Source of the DNA: an uncultured Verrucomicrobiae bacterium
GTDB taxonomy: Bacteria > Verrucomicrobiota > Verrucomicrobiia > Limisphaerales > Palsa-1400
Length of the DNA: 64,000 nt
Direction: 5' to 3'
Assembly (NCBI GenBank): GCA_963707025.1
Contig: CAVPOM010000004.1
Location: forward strand, 160,001 to 224,000
This document shows, one piece after another, positions 41,296 through 53,535 of this stretch. A program made the translations under genes and the position numbers. The notes under the pieces were generated by a model. It saw only the letters and a list, made by a program, of their open reading frames with translations. It was not told where the DNA came from and searched no databases. Numbering within the stretch: position 1 is the first letter of the stretch; every line of letters begins with the position of its first letter.

Positions 41296-42483
41296 ATGCA
41301 GACTCCGCCAAATCCCGCCAAACCAGCCGCGCCGCCGCCCGCCTCCGGGAACGGGGAAACGCCCTTCGGCGTCAACGAAGTGCGGCTCAACGCGCGGCAG
41401 TGGCTGGTGACGCTGGCGGTGTTGGGGATGGTGGCGCTGCTGGCGCCGCCGCTGTGGAAGCGGATCGAACGTTTCGACACCGGGCCGGACTATCGCCTGC
41501 CCTATGCGCTGAGCAAAGATTACTGGCTGTATGGCCGGCGGATGGAACAGGCGGCCGTGCCGGGCCAGGTCATCCTGCTGGGCGATTCGGTGGTCTGGGG
41601 CGAATACGTGCTGCCGGAAGGCACCTGGTCGCATTTCTTGAATCAGGAAGCGGGCCTGACCAACCGTTTCATCAACGGCGGCCTCAACGGTTTGTTTCCG
41701 CTGGCCCAGGAAGGGTTGGTCACTTACTACAGCAAGGCGCTCCGCCGGCAAAAGCTCATCCTCCATTGCAACGTGCTTTGGATGAGCAGTCCCAAGGCTG
41801 ACCTGAGCGCGGAAAAGGAACAGCGCTTCAACCACGCCGGCCTGGTGCCGCAGTTTTTCCCGCGCATCCCTTGTTACAAGGCCGATGCCAACGAGCGTTT
41901 GAGCGTGCTGGTGGAGCGCCAGGCCGGCTTGATCGCCTGGGGCGAGCATTTGCAGAACGCCTATTTCGGACAAATGAGCATCCCGGCCTGGACGCTGGAA
42001 GAGGACGGCGGCAGTCCGCCCCATTATCCCAACAGCTACAAAAATCCTCTGGCGCAAATCACTTTGGTGGTGCCGCCCGGCCCCCGGTCTGATCCGGACC
42101 GCGGGCCGGGCAGTCCGCGACACAGACCCTGGTCGGCGGAGACCGGGGGCGGCAACCGTTTTGACTGGGTGCCGCTGGACTCGTCGCTGCAATGGCAGGG
42201 CTTCCGGCGCGTCTTGCAGACCTTGCGCGGGCGGGGCAACGACGTGATGGTCATCCTTGGCCCCTTCAATGAACACTGTCTGGCGGACGACAATCAGCCG
42301 GCCTATCGAAAAATCCGTGACGGCATCGAAGCGTGGCTGACGGCAAACCACGTGCCTCATGTCACGCCGGAGACCCTGCCCGGCGCACTTTATGCCGACG
42401 ATTGCCACCCGCTGACGGAAGGCTATCAATTGCTTGCAAAACGTCTTTATGCCAATCCAACATTCCAGGCGTGGCTGCGATAA
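41296..42483 (+). CDS. SGNH-like (AlgJ/DltD-type) MBOAT partner
   Basis: N-terminal TM anchor; LLGDS and DDCHP motifs; directly follows the MBOAT gene. Confidence 0.75.
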   Translation: MQTPPNPAKPAAPPPASGNGETPFGVNEVRLNARQWLVTLAVLGMVALLAPPLWKRIERFDTGPDYRLPYALSKDYWLYGRRMEQAAVPGQVILLGDSVVWGEYVLPEGTWSHFLNQEAGLTNRFINGGLNGLFPLAQEGLVTYYSKALRRQKLILHCNVLWMSSPKADLSAEKEQRFNHAGLVPQFFPRIPCYKADANERLSVLVERQAGLIAWGEHLQNAYFGQMSIPAWTLEEDGGSPPHYPNSYKNPLAQITLVVPPGPRSDPDRGPGSPRHRPWSAETGGGNRFDWVPLDSSLQWQGFRRVLQTLRGRGNDVMVILGPFNEHCLADDNQPAYRKIRDGIEAWLTANHVPHVTPETLPGALYADDCHPLTEGYQLLAKRLYANPTFQAWLR

Positions 42484-42577
42484 ACTGCCGATTTATGAAA
42501 AAACATTCCATGCCGCCGCCTGCGGCCGCGGGTCTGCCCGCTCATGATTTTTCTTTCGGTCAAGCCCGCCGCACCCG

Positions 42578-43255
42578 ATGATCCGACGCGACTACATTGT
42601 GCGCATGATTGAGGAAATGGGCCGCGCTTTGGCCCAAATCCGCGCTTTGCGGCAGAGCGGCCGGGCGGAGGCGGCGCGGCAGATGATTGATGTCGAATGC
42701 GAAAAGCTCGCCGCGCTGGGAGCCTTGGGCGTTGTCGGCTTATCCGAGACGGAATTGCTGGCGCGGGTTTCCGAAGGCCAGTACGCCCACACCGTGCATC
42801 TGCGGACCCTGGCGGTGGTGAGCTTGTTGCGCGAGGCCGCCGAGATCGCCAGCGCCGCAGACAGAACAGCGCAGGCCCGTGTGTTTTACCTCAAGGCCTT
42901 GCACCTGCTCCTGGGAGTATTGTCCCAGGACGATCCGGCGGGATTTCCTGAGTTTGTTCCGGGAGTAGAGGCCATTGTCACCGCTCTGCAAGACCAGCCG
43001 TTGCCGGCTCACACCCAGTCCATGCTGATGCGTCATTATGAGGCGACGGGCCAATTCGCCAAAGCCGAGGACGCGCTGTTTTCAATCCTCGACGATCTGG
43101 GCAGTGATGCGGAGGTCATCGCATTTGGCCGCGCCTTTTACGAGCGCCTCTTGAGGCGGAGCGACGCATCCCTCCTGGCGGGCAATCTTCCCAGAGGCGA
43201 AGCGCAACAGGGCCTTGACGAACTCAACCGCCGCTCCCCCAGCATTCCACCTTAG
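42578..43255 (+). CDS. Helical hypothetical protein (DUF6483-like)
   Basis: MIRRDYIVRMIEE...YEATGQFAKAEDALF...LAGNLPRGE. Confidence 0.7.
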   Translation: MIRRDYIVRMIEEMGRALAQIRALRQSGRAEAARQMIDVECEKLAALGALGVVGLSETELLARVSEGQYAHTVHLRTLAVVSLLREAAEIASAADRTAQARVFYLKALHLLLGVLSQDDPAGFPEFVPGVEAIVTALQDQPLPAHTQSMLMRHYEATGQFAKAEDALFSILDDLGSDAEVIAFGRAFYERLLRRSDASLLAGNLPRGEAQQGLDELNRRSPSIPP

Positions 43256-43402
43256 AGCGTGGCTGAGAATTCAAATTCAGTCCGGGGAGCGCACGCGCCC
43301 CCGCCGACCGCATCTGGACGCCAAGGGAGAAATAGGCGGGTTTTTCCAGCTTTCATATTGCTTCTGATTTTTCAGACACGCTCTTGGCCCGCGCATTTCA
43401 TA

Positions 43403-43468
43403 CCGCATGGGTGGAATCCCGATCCAATCGGGACCCGTCCCGCCGGGCCACTGGCCCGGCGGCAGATA
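43403..43468 (+). repeat. 66-bp double-hairpin element, copy 2
   Basis: Hairpins TCCCGAT-cca-ATCGGGA and CCGCCGGGCC-act-GGCCCGGCGG; 62/66 identical to copy 1. Confidence 0.9.
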
Positions 43469-43823
43469 CCGACCAGCCAAAAGACCGGCCGAAATCGCTG
43501 CCGTCCCATCAGCCGCAGATTTAAAGACCCAAGAAGCGTCTCCGAAGCCTGTTGTCCCCGCCGATAAGGCGGTATAGTAATATATTCTGCCCTCGAAATC
43601 CTTCTTTGGCGCAGTGCCAAGCGTGAGGCGAAAGTTCAAGATATGACAATACCATTAACCCCTTTCTGACCCCTTTCCTTTCTTGGATTCGTCCTGCAAT
43701 AAGACTGCTGCAAATGCTCATGGGAAGGCTTCGACGTATCTAGGCTCGGCGATTAGGCACGAAGGTTTAGAGTAAAACAAATACGCTGGTATTCAAATTT
43801 GATGTGGTATAAAACTTAATGTC

Positions 43824-44747
43824 ATGAAGATGAAAATATACGGATTTTCGTGGGTTCCGGAGCATCTGCCGGAATCGGTTCCTCCAACAGCAGTTTTTGA
43901 ACGAATTAAGGAAACGGAAGGAAAACGTTTCGGAGATTACATAGGTGCTGCCACGTTAATCGGCGAGTGGTGGGCAGGAGTTCTGTTGAAAGTGAGGGAC
44001 TCGAAAGCGTTCACCACATTAAGACGACAGAATGGCATTTTGGTTTTCAAAGCGGAGAAGCTTGCCGATGGATCAAACATTGCGGAACCAAATTTTTTCA
44101 TTGCTCACACGACAAATGGGCTCGGACTTTACTGCCATCACCATCTTTCCGCTTCATTAATCGGCGATTTTGCATATTTCTGTCATCACCGGTTTCGTGA
44201 AATCCGCGACGCACGGCGCAAATTGGCAACTAGCGATCCCGATATGACCGAGGTCGAACGAAAGAAGATTATGCGCCAATACAAAGGAAGGCTTGTTCTT
44301 GAACAAATCCTCAAACCTGGTACATTCGACGATCACGTAAAGTTGTTGAAGAATGTGTCGAAATTTGAAGCCAATCTAGTGGCGTTTGAATTGAAGCAGC
44401 CGATGTTCCGGCCAATAACCCAAAACGCCCGACGAACGAAAGTTCTTTTGACTTTCGACCATGACGCAAATCATGGACTCATAACAAATTCGATTGCCAG
44501 CTCTCACGAGGCTGGAATTTTCGACAAAGCAACTGTAACGGGCGAAGACGCTGCTGGAATGGAACAAACCTACCGGACGGCCCACGACAGTGCGGTGTTT
44601 GGTGAACACGATTATGACGATATGATTACCGCGCTGACGGTCCGCTTCGACGATCTTGCTGGCTCAATAGAAAAATCGAAAATAACGACGGCACTTATTC
44701 AACACGGCAACGATAAAAAAGTCCGAGCCGCTCTCGGGCTGAAGTGA
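43824..44747 (+). CDS. Hypothetical soluble protein, candidate defence component
   Basis: 307 aa; AT-rich codon usage; extended -10-like TGGTATAAA just upstream. Confidence 0.8.
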   Translation: MKMKIYGFSWVPEHLPESVPPTAVFERIKETEGKRFGDYIGAATLIGEWWAGVLLKVRDSKAFTTLRRQNGILVFKAEKLADGSNIAEPNFFIAHTTNGLGLYCHHHLSASLIGDFAYFCHHRFREIRDARRKLATSDPDMTEVERKKIMRQYKGRLVLEQILKPGTFDDHVKLLKNVSKFEANLVAFELKQPMFRPITQNARRTKVLLTFDHDANHGLITNSIASSHEAGIFDKATVTGEDAAGMEQTYRTAHDSAVFGEHDYDDMITALTVRFDDLAGSIEKSKITTALIQHGNDKKVRAALGLK

Positions 44748-44754
44748 GCCGACC

Positions 44755-45303
44755 ATGCTGCGTTTCCTCGCCATCGTCGGAATCGGATTGGTGATCCTCT
44801 GTGCAGTTTTTTATCGGTTGGCAATCTATGCGGGAATGGATTCTGTTACAAACGTGTGGATTTGGGTGAAGCTGTATCATGAGAATTTGCGCATACCTTT
44901 GTTTACTGGTTTTCTCACAGTTGGGAGTTTCCTCTTGACACTCATGGCGACGATGCTGCTTCGGATAAAAGAGATTTATGACGAAGAAGAATACGCCCAA
45001 GACTGGAAAAGGTACCAGGACCAGAGGATCACCAAAGACCCGTCCGCCAAAACGACAGATTTCTACGGCCCGTTAAGGAATCTTGGGGATGCGTTATTAG
45101 CTAATGTGATATTGGCGCTCCTGAGTGCCATGCTTCAGGTGACTTTGGGCTTCGTTGACCTACCCGTTGCGGTTGCGATTTGCTTGGGCTTCGCCGCTAC
45201 AACGCTGCTGCTTCTCTTGTACTTGTGGTGGCAAATTGCTGGCAATCTATCGAAATGGTTCGACGTAATTGAGAGGAAGAAACGGAAGAATCTGGGCCGG
45301 TGA
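44755..45303 (+). CDS. Small multi-pass membrane protein, candidate effector
   Basis: 182 aa; about four hydrophobic helices; starts 7 bp after the previous gene. Confidence 0.8.
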   Translation: MLRFLAIVGIGLVILCAVFYRLAIYAGMDSVTNVWIWVKLYHENLRIPLFTGFLTVGSFLLTLMATMLLRIKEIYDEEEYAQDWKRYQDQRITKDPSAKTTDFYGPLRNLGDALLANVILALLSAMLQVTLGFVDLPVAVAICLGFAATTLLLLLYLWWQIAGNLSKWFDVIERKKRKNLGR

Positions 45304-45441
45304 AAGTGGGTAAAGGGGTGGGTTAATGGTATTGTCATATTCAGAGCATTCACACTTCTCACTGAATTCCAAAGCGCGAACTCGGCAGCAACGCTTTCCC
45401 ACCACGATTCAGCCTGTCACGAATAATGCCCTCCGCCGCTT

Positions 45442-48045
45442 TCATAAAACTTTGATGGTTTTGGTGGCGCGGATGTCGCGCTCGGAAAGGCCCGCCTCAA
45501 TCGTGAAAGTGTTTCCGGCGTCCACGGTCCAGTCTTTGCCGGTCGGACTCCAGTAGGCAAAGGAGGCGCGGGGCAGCGTGATCTCGACCTTCCCGGTTTG
45601 ACCGGGGGCAAGTGTCACTTTGCTGAAACCTTTGAGTTCGCGCCGCGGGCGCGGGACGGGGCAGTGTTCGTCACCCACATAAATTTGCACCACTTCGGCC
45701 CCGGCGCGGCGGCCGGTGTTCTTGATGTCCAGGGAAACTTTGACATCGGATCCAGCGGTCTCAACCTTTAGGTTTGACAGTTGGAAGGTGGTGTAACTCA
45801 AGCCGAAACCAAACGGGTAGAGCGGGTCCTTGCCGGCCTTGTCGTAGCCGCGGTAGCCGTAGAATATCCCCTCGGTGTAAGGCTCAACCGGGTATCCCTT
45901 GTCACTCTGTTCCCGGCCAGGGTAATAAGGGAAGGCCGGGTTGTCCTCGAATTTGCGGTCGAAGGTGGAGCAGAGATGGCCGCTGGGGTTGACGTCGCCG
46001 AAGAGCACTTCTCCCACGGCGACGCCACCTTCCTGCCCCAGGTACCAGGCCTGGAGAATGGCCGCCGCGCCGCCTTCCCAGGCGCTCATGCCCACCCCTG
46101 CCCCGCTGTTATTGATGACGATGGCATGACGATTGACCTTGGAGGCGGAGGCGATCAGATATTGCTGAAGGTCGGGCAGATCGAAGGGACGATCGCGGCC
46201 TTCGCTCTCCATGTTGCGATTCAAGCCGACACAAACGACCACGGCATCCGCATCCCTGGCCGCCGCGAGATCGGGAATCGCCGGAGGGATCAGGGCCACG
46301 CGCACCAGCCGTCCGCCGCCAGCCCCGCCGCGTCCGCCGCGGCGTCCGCCCCGGCCGGCCGGAGCATTGGCCAGGGCGCTGGCTTGAATGCGGATCGGCG
46401 CAGGCTTGTTGCGCTGAAGATGGATGATGGAGCCGGGGGCGTTGGTGCGGCCATCAATGAGGATGACAGGGTTGCCCGCGGCGGCAATCTGCCAATCGCT
46501 GTCCTTGGGCGCGAGCAGGACGCCGCTCCAGGTGAAGGTGGCATCGCGGCTGGCGGGCACGCCAAAGGGCAACTGCCCCGGCTGCCAGTTAGTATTGACA
46601 GCGGTTTGCACCGTGGGCGGGATTTGGACCGGCGGACCGGCGCCCGTCACGACCACCTCCAGCGTCAAGCCGGGCTGTCCCCGGGCTGAAGTGCGGGCGT
46701 TGGCCAGGGAATCGAAGGCCGAGTCCTCGGGCGGCCCCGGCATGGGAAGGTAAATGACTTTGACGCCGGGGCCCGCGCTTTCAGTGATGCCATCGAGATA
46801 ATTAGCCTCGGTGTAGCGGTAAGGGAAGGTCGTGACCGCGCCGCTCCCGCCGCCGCCGATGTTGGCGGGCATGGTGTTGGCCGGGGCCGAGGCGTTCGGA
46901 CCGACGACCACAATTGTTTTCACATCGGCGCGATTCAGCGGAAGAGTATTATGGACATTTTTCAGGAGCACGATGGCACTCTCAGCCACGGCCAGCGCGG
47001 TTTTGGCCGAGTCGGGCGAGTCCAACGGCAGCGCCAGATTTTTTTGCTGCCAGCCGGTGTCAAGCCAGCCCTGCGCGGCGGCGGTGCGAAGGATGCGATG
47101 CACGGCGCGGTTGATGTTCGATTCGGTGACGGAACCATCGGCCATGGCCGCCTGGATGTTGCGGAGGGAGAGATTCCGGGTGTTGGGCATTTCCAGGTCC
47201 AGGCCGCGGGCGACATCGGTGGTGGCGTGGGAAGCGCCCCAATCGGACATGACCAGCCCCTGGAAACCCCACTGGTTTTTGAGGACCTGGTTGAGCAGCC
47301 AGTCGTTGGCGCTGGCGTAGAAGCCATTGAGGCGGTTGTAGGAACACATGACCGCGACGATGCCACCCTCGGTCGCGGCCTTTTTGAAAGCGGGAAGATA
47401 GATTTCATGCAGCGTGCGTTCATCCACCTGGCAATCCACGGAATTGCGGTTCCACTCCTGGTTGTTGGCGGCAAAGTGTTTGATGGTGGGCACGGAGCCT
47501 TGGGCGCTGCAGGCTTTGACCCAGTTGACCGCGATGATCGAGGCCAGATAAGGGTCTTCGCCAAAATACTCGAAGTTGCGGCCGTTGACGGGGACGCGGC
47601 AGATGTTGAGGCCGGGGCCGAGTTGAAAATGCGTTCCGCGGGCGCGGTCTTCCAGTCCGATGGCCTTGCCGTAGGCGGCGGCCAAGTCCGCGTCCCAGGT
47701 CGCAGCCAGAGCCGCGCCGGCGGGGAAGGCGCAGGCCCCGCTCGGCCCGGGATTGCCCGGCGCGTTGCGCACGCCGTTGGGGCCGTCGGACATGGTGAAG
47801 AGCGGGATGCCCAGCCGCCCGACGGCGTGGGTGTTGAAGCCGCCGCTGTCCCCGCCGATGAGCGAGACTTTTTCCGCCAGCGTCATTTCCGCGAGCAATT
47901 GATCGGCCCGCGCCTCGGGGGAGCCCTTGGTGTCCTGCGCCTTGACGGCCGGAGTTTCGGCTGGCGCGGCCTCCTGTGCCCGGAGGCGGGCGGCGTCTGG
48001 CAGGATGACGAGCAAAAGCAGGCCGGCAAGAATGGTGAGTTTCAT
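45442..48045 (-). CDS. GH3 beta-glucosidase with an internal insertion and C-terminal Fn3-like domain
   Basis: Motifs MSDGPNGVR, GRNFEYFGEDP, IKHFAAN, VMSDWG, ESEGRDR, FGFGLSYT and ELKGF. Confidence 0.93.
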   Translation of the reverse strand: MKLTILAGLLLLVILPDAARLRAQEAAPAETPAVKAQDTKGSPEARADQLLAEMTLAEKVSLIGGDSGGFNTHAVGRLGIPLFTMSDGPNGVRNAPGNPGPSGACAFPAGAALAATWDADLAAAYGKAIGLEDRARGTHFQLGPGLNICRVPVNGRNFEYFGEDPYLASIIAVNWVKACSAQGSVPTIKHFAANNQEWNRNSVDCQVDERTLHEIYLPAFKKAATEGGIVAVMCSYNRLNGFYASANDWLLNQVLKNQWGFQGLVMSDWGASHATTDVARGLDLEMPNTRNLSLRNIQAAMADGSVTESNINRAVHRILRTAAAQGWLDTGWQQKNLALPLDSPDSAKTALAVAESAIVLLKNVHNTLPLNRADVKTIVVVGPNASAPANTMPANIGGGGSGAVTTFPYRYTEANYLDGITESAGPGVKVIYLPMPGPPEDSAFDSLANARTSARGQPGLTLEVVVTGAGPPVQIPPTVQTAVNTNWQPGQLPFGVPASRDATFTWSGVLLAPKDSDWQIAAAGNPVILIDGRTNAPGSIIHLQRNKPAPIRIQASALANAPAGRGGRRGGRGGAGGGRLVRVALIPPAIPDLAAARDADAVVVCVGLNRNMESEGRDRPFDLPDLQQYLIASASKVNRHAIVINNSGAGVGMSAWEGGAAAILQAWYLGQEGGVAVGEVLFGDVNPSGHLCSTFDRKFEDNPAFPYYPGREQSDKGYPVEPYTEGIFYGYRGYDKAGKDPLYPFGFGLSYTTFQLSNLKVETAGSDVKVSLDIKNTGRRAGAEVVQIYVGDEHCPVPRPRRELKGFSKVTLAPGQTGKVEITLPRASFAYWSPTGKDWTVDAGNTFTIEAGLSERDIRATKTIKVL

Positions 48046-48092
48046 AAGTTGGTCTGATTCTCCGGCAACGCGGCCGTGTTGGCAATAATAGA

Positions 48093-48710
48093 TTAGCTTG
48101 CTGAAACGCCTTCCAATTTGACCCTTTTTGCCGGCTCCAACAAGGTCACCACTTCCTCGGCAAAGAGGTTGGGGGAAAACCTAGCCCGGCCGCGCGCGTT
48201 AAAGCAGGCATAACGAATGGCCGAGACCTCCATCTGCTGGCAGAATTCGCGAAAGTCGAGGATGGACAGGAAGTGCAAGGTGGTCGTCTGGTACCAGAGC
48301 TGGGGGAGGGATTTGGTGACCGGGGTGCGTCCGCGAAACAGGATCTGCAGCCGCACCCGGTAATGGGCAAAGTTGCTGTAGGCGATGATGACGCGGCGTC
48401 CGACGCGGAAGGCTTCCCGCACGATCTCCACCGGGGAAATCAATTCCTGAAAGGTGCCGAGCAGGAGGACGTAATCGAAGGACTGATCCCCGTACTGATC
48501 CAGCCCCTCCATAATGTTGCCTTGATGGACCACCAGCCCGCGCTGGATGCAGCGGGCCACCAATTCGGGATTTTTTTCCACGCCCTCGGCCAGGACGCGC
48601 CGGGCGCGAACGACCCGCTCCAGGAAAGCGCCGTCGCCCGTTCCCAAGTCCAGCACGCGTGCGCCGTCGGGTATCCAGTCCAGAACGGTTTGGTAAATTC
48701 CGGGATGCAT
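48093..48710 (-). CDS. metW: Methionine biosynthesis protein MetW
   Basis: RVLDLGTGDG, SFDYVLL and GRTPVTKSLP..WY; follows metX. Confidence 0.88.
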   Translation of the reverse strand: MHPGIYQTVLDWIPDGARVLDLGTGDGAFLERVVRARRVLAEGVEKNPELVARCIQRGLVVHQGNIMEGLDQYGDQSFDYVLLLGTFQELISPVEIVREAFRVGRRVIIAYSNFAHYRVRLQILFRGRTPVTKSLPQLWYQTTTLHFLSILDFREFCQQMEVSAIRYACFNARGRARFSPNLFAEEVVTLLEPAKRVKLEGVSAS

Positions 48711-48717
48711 GGCGGCA

Positions 48718-51314
<2,597 letters not shown>

Positions 51315-51650
51315 TCAACCGGCGCGCCCGGAGGAACGGGACGCGACAACAGCACCAGGAGCGGTCCAGTCCCCGGCCTGAACTGGCACGCGCTCAAGAC
51401 TCCCATTGGGTTGTCACTCCCCGGACTCCGTTGGCTTGGTGATTCAATAGACTGCCAAAGTGACCATAACCCACGGCGAGCGTCAAGCGTTTGTTCACCG
51501 CGCCAGCGTCGCCGGGCGCATCTTGACACTGCCGCCGGCGGAGTGCGGCCGTCCTCGGCCGCAGCAAGCCAGGGATTGTTTGGGTGCTCAGGAAAATCAC
51601 CGCCGCGCCGTGTTTCCCACGCTGCTGCGCCCGAGGACGGGGAATGGCGC

Positions 51651-51998
51651 TTAAATAAGACCTAAAACTTTCTTACCCAGCCTCTTACGACGCGGGGGAT
51701 GCGGGATGGTTTCAAACAAGACCTGACGGCTCAAGCGTTGCATGGCTTTGATGGTGGCTTGCACCTCCCGCCACTCGGCAATGGCGTCATGGAGCCACTC
51801 ATATTGTTCTTTGGAGAGAGCGACACTGACCGTTTTGCCTTTGACCTTGCGGGTCCACTGATAACAAGGGCCGCCTGCTCCGGGGCCGCGGTCTTGCACG
51901 TAGCCCTCGCTGATCCAGCCGGTTCTGGCCAGCCGGTCGCGTAATTGGGCGTATTGGGCCTGCCATTGGGCTGGCCGGGTTGTTTTGTGAGTCGGCAT
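51651..51998 (-). CDS. IS passenger ORF (DUF6788-like small basic protein)
   Basis: GPCYQWTRKVKGKTVSVAL; stop codon lies within the left inverted repeat. Confidence 0.75.
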   Translation of the reverse strand: MPTHKTTRPAQWQAQYAQLRDRLARTGWISEGYVQDRGPGAGGPCYQWTRKVKGKTVSVALSKEQYEWLHDAIAEWREVQATIKAMQRLSRQVLFETIPHPPRRKRLGKKVLGLI

Positions 51999-52023
51999 AA
52001 AGAAAAGAGTAGCAGACGTGTCA

Positions 52024-52049
52024 ATAAGGCGGTATATATACCGCCTTAT
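52024..52049. promoter_or_regulatory. Perfect 26-bp palindrome overlapping the transposase start codon
   Basis: ATAAGGCGGTATA|TATACCGCCTTAT. Confidence 0.7.
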
Positions 52050-53535
52050 GCCCGACACCCCCTTCTTCCCGGCCTGGCGGCCCCGTCTGGCGGCGGCGGG
52101 CCGCCGCTGTGCCCACAGCCTGGCGCGCCTCCGTCACGCCACCTTGAGTCAGATCGAGGACCGCCTGGCTCCCGCCTTGCCCACCGACCTCCTGCGAAAA
52201 CCGGCCGCCGGCGACTACTCCCGCGAGCAGGTTTACACTCTGGTTCGCACCTGGTGGTGCTGGGTCTGGCCAGTCTTCCAAGCCAACACTTCCTGCCGCC
52301 ACGTCGTCCTTCAGGTGCAGGCCCTGCTGGCCTTGGTCCAAGGCCCGGAACCGGAGCCGGACAGCAGCGCCTATTGCCAGGCCCGCGCCAAACTCCCCCT
52401 GGCCTTGCTGGAGCAAGCCTTCGCGGCCAGCGCCGACAGCGCCGAAAAGCGCGCCCCGGCCAGTACGCTGCTACAGGGCCGCCCGTTGAAAGCGGTCAAT
52501 GGCAGCGGCACCCACCTGCCCGACACCCCGGCCAATCGGGCGGCCTTTCCCCCCAGCCAAAGCCTGCAGCCCGGCGGCGGCTTTCCCCACCTGCGCGTGG
52601 TGGCTCTGTTCTCCGCCGCCAGCGGCGCCCTTTTGGCCAAAGCCACCGGCAGCCTGCGCTCCTCCGAACTGGCTCTGTTTCTCCACGGCTTGCGCTCGGC
52701 TTTGCACCCCGGCGACATCCTCTTGGGCGACCGCGCCTATGGGGTTTATATTATCGCCGCCGTCCTCCAACTCCTGGGCGTGGATTTGCTCGCGCGGGTC
52801 TCCGTGCGCAACCGCAAGGTGGATTTCCGCCAGGCCCGCCAACGCCTGGGTCACTGGGACGCGCTCTTTACCTGGTCCAAACCCGGCCGGCCTTCGCCCC
52901 TGCTTTCGTTCCTGGAATGGCTCGGACTGCCGCCGCAGATCACGGTGCGGGTGCTGCGCGCGCGCCTGAGCCGGGCCGGCTTCCGCACCCGCCACCTGAC
53001 CCTGGTCACGACCCTGTTGGATGCGGCGCTTTTTCCAGCGGAGGAACTGGCGGCCGCTTATGCCCGGCGCTGGCGCATGGAACTGTGCCTGGACGATCTC
53101 AAAACCACCCTGGGCATGCAGAGCCTGCATTGCCTCTGTCCCCGCATGGTGGAGAAAGAACTCCTGCTCTTCCTCACCGCCCATAATTTCCTGCGCTGGA
53201 TCATGGCCGAAGCCGCGCAAAGCCAGAACGTGGACTTGGATCGGATCAGTTTCAAAGGCAGCCTGGACGCCTTCCGGCAATGGACGCAGGCACTGGCACA
53301 ACTCGGACACGCCCGGAACAAAGGGGGACGGCGCCGCCAATTATGGCAGCGGCTGCTCCGAAGGCTGGCGACCGATCTGGTGCCCAGGCGTCCGGGAAGA
53401 GCGGAGCCGCGCGCTGTCAAGAAACGATCCAAATACCCCCATTTGAACAAATCGCGGCATCAATACCGCCAGCCCTGGAGCCGCAATAAACGCCGCCGTC
53501 TGGCCCGGGCCAAAAGAAAGGCTTCCCTTATTTAA
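52048..53535 (+). CDS. IS4-family DDE transposase; first catalytic Asp appears as Asn
   Basis: AVNGS (expected VDGS), GDRAY and YARRWRMELCLDDLK (Y-x2-R-x3-E-x6-K). Confidence 0.9.
   Translation: MPDTPFFPAWRPRLAAAGRRCAHSLARLRHATLSQIEDRLAPALPTDLLRKPAAGDYSREQVYTLVRTWWCWVWPVFQANTSCRHVVLQVQALLALVQGPEPEPDSSAYCQARAKLPLALLEQAFAASADSAEKRAPASTLLQGRPLKAVNGSGTHLPDTPANRAAFPPSQSLQPGGGFPHLRVVALFSAASGALLAKATGSLRSSELALFLHGLRSALHPGDILLGDRAYGVYIIAAVLQLLGVDLLARVSVRNRKVDFRQARQRLGHWDALFTWSKPGRPSPLLSFLEWLGLPPQITVRVLRARLSRAGFRTRHLTLVTTLLDAALFPAEELAAAYARRWRMELCLDDLKTTLGMQSLHCLCPRMVEKELLLFLTAHNFLRWIMAEAAQSQNVDLDRISFKGSLDAFRQWTQALAQLGHARNKGGRRRQLWQRLLRRLATDLVPRRPGRAEPRAVKKRSKYPHLNKSRHQYRQPWSRNKRRRLARAKRKASLI

Larger units (their letters stand above)
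43641..45340. mobile_element. AT-rich two-gene module bounded by perfect 21-bp inverted repeats
   Basis: ATATGACAATACCATTAACCC (43641-43661) and its reverse complement (45320-45340). No transposase inside; no target-site duplication seen. Confidence 0.7.

Noticed and set aside
43277..43639. 120-aa minus-strand ORF
   Set aside because: It runs through repeat elements and has no recognisable family features.
43735..43762. attC-like 3' end (GCTCGGCGATTAGGC) upstream of the two-gene module
   Set aside because: No matching R'' box or complementary arm was found.
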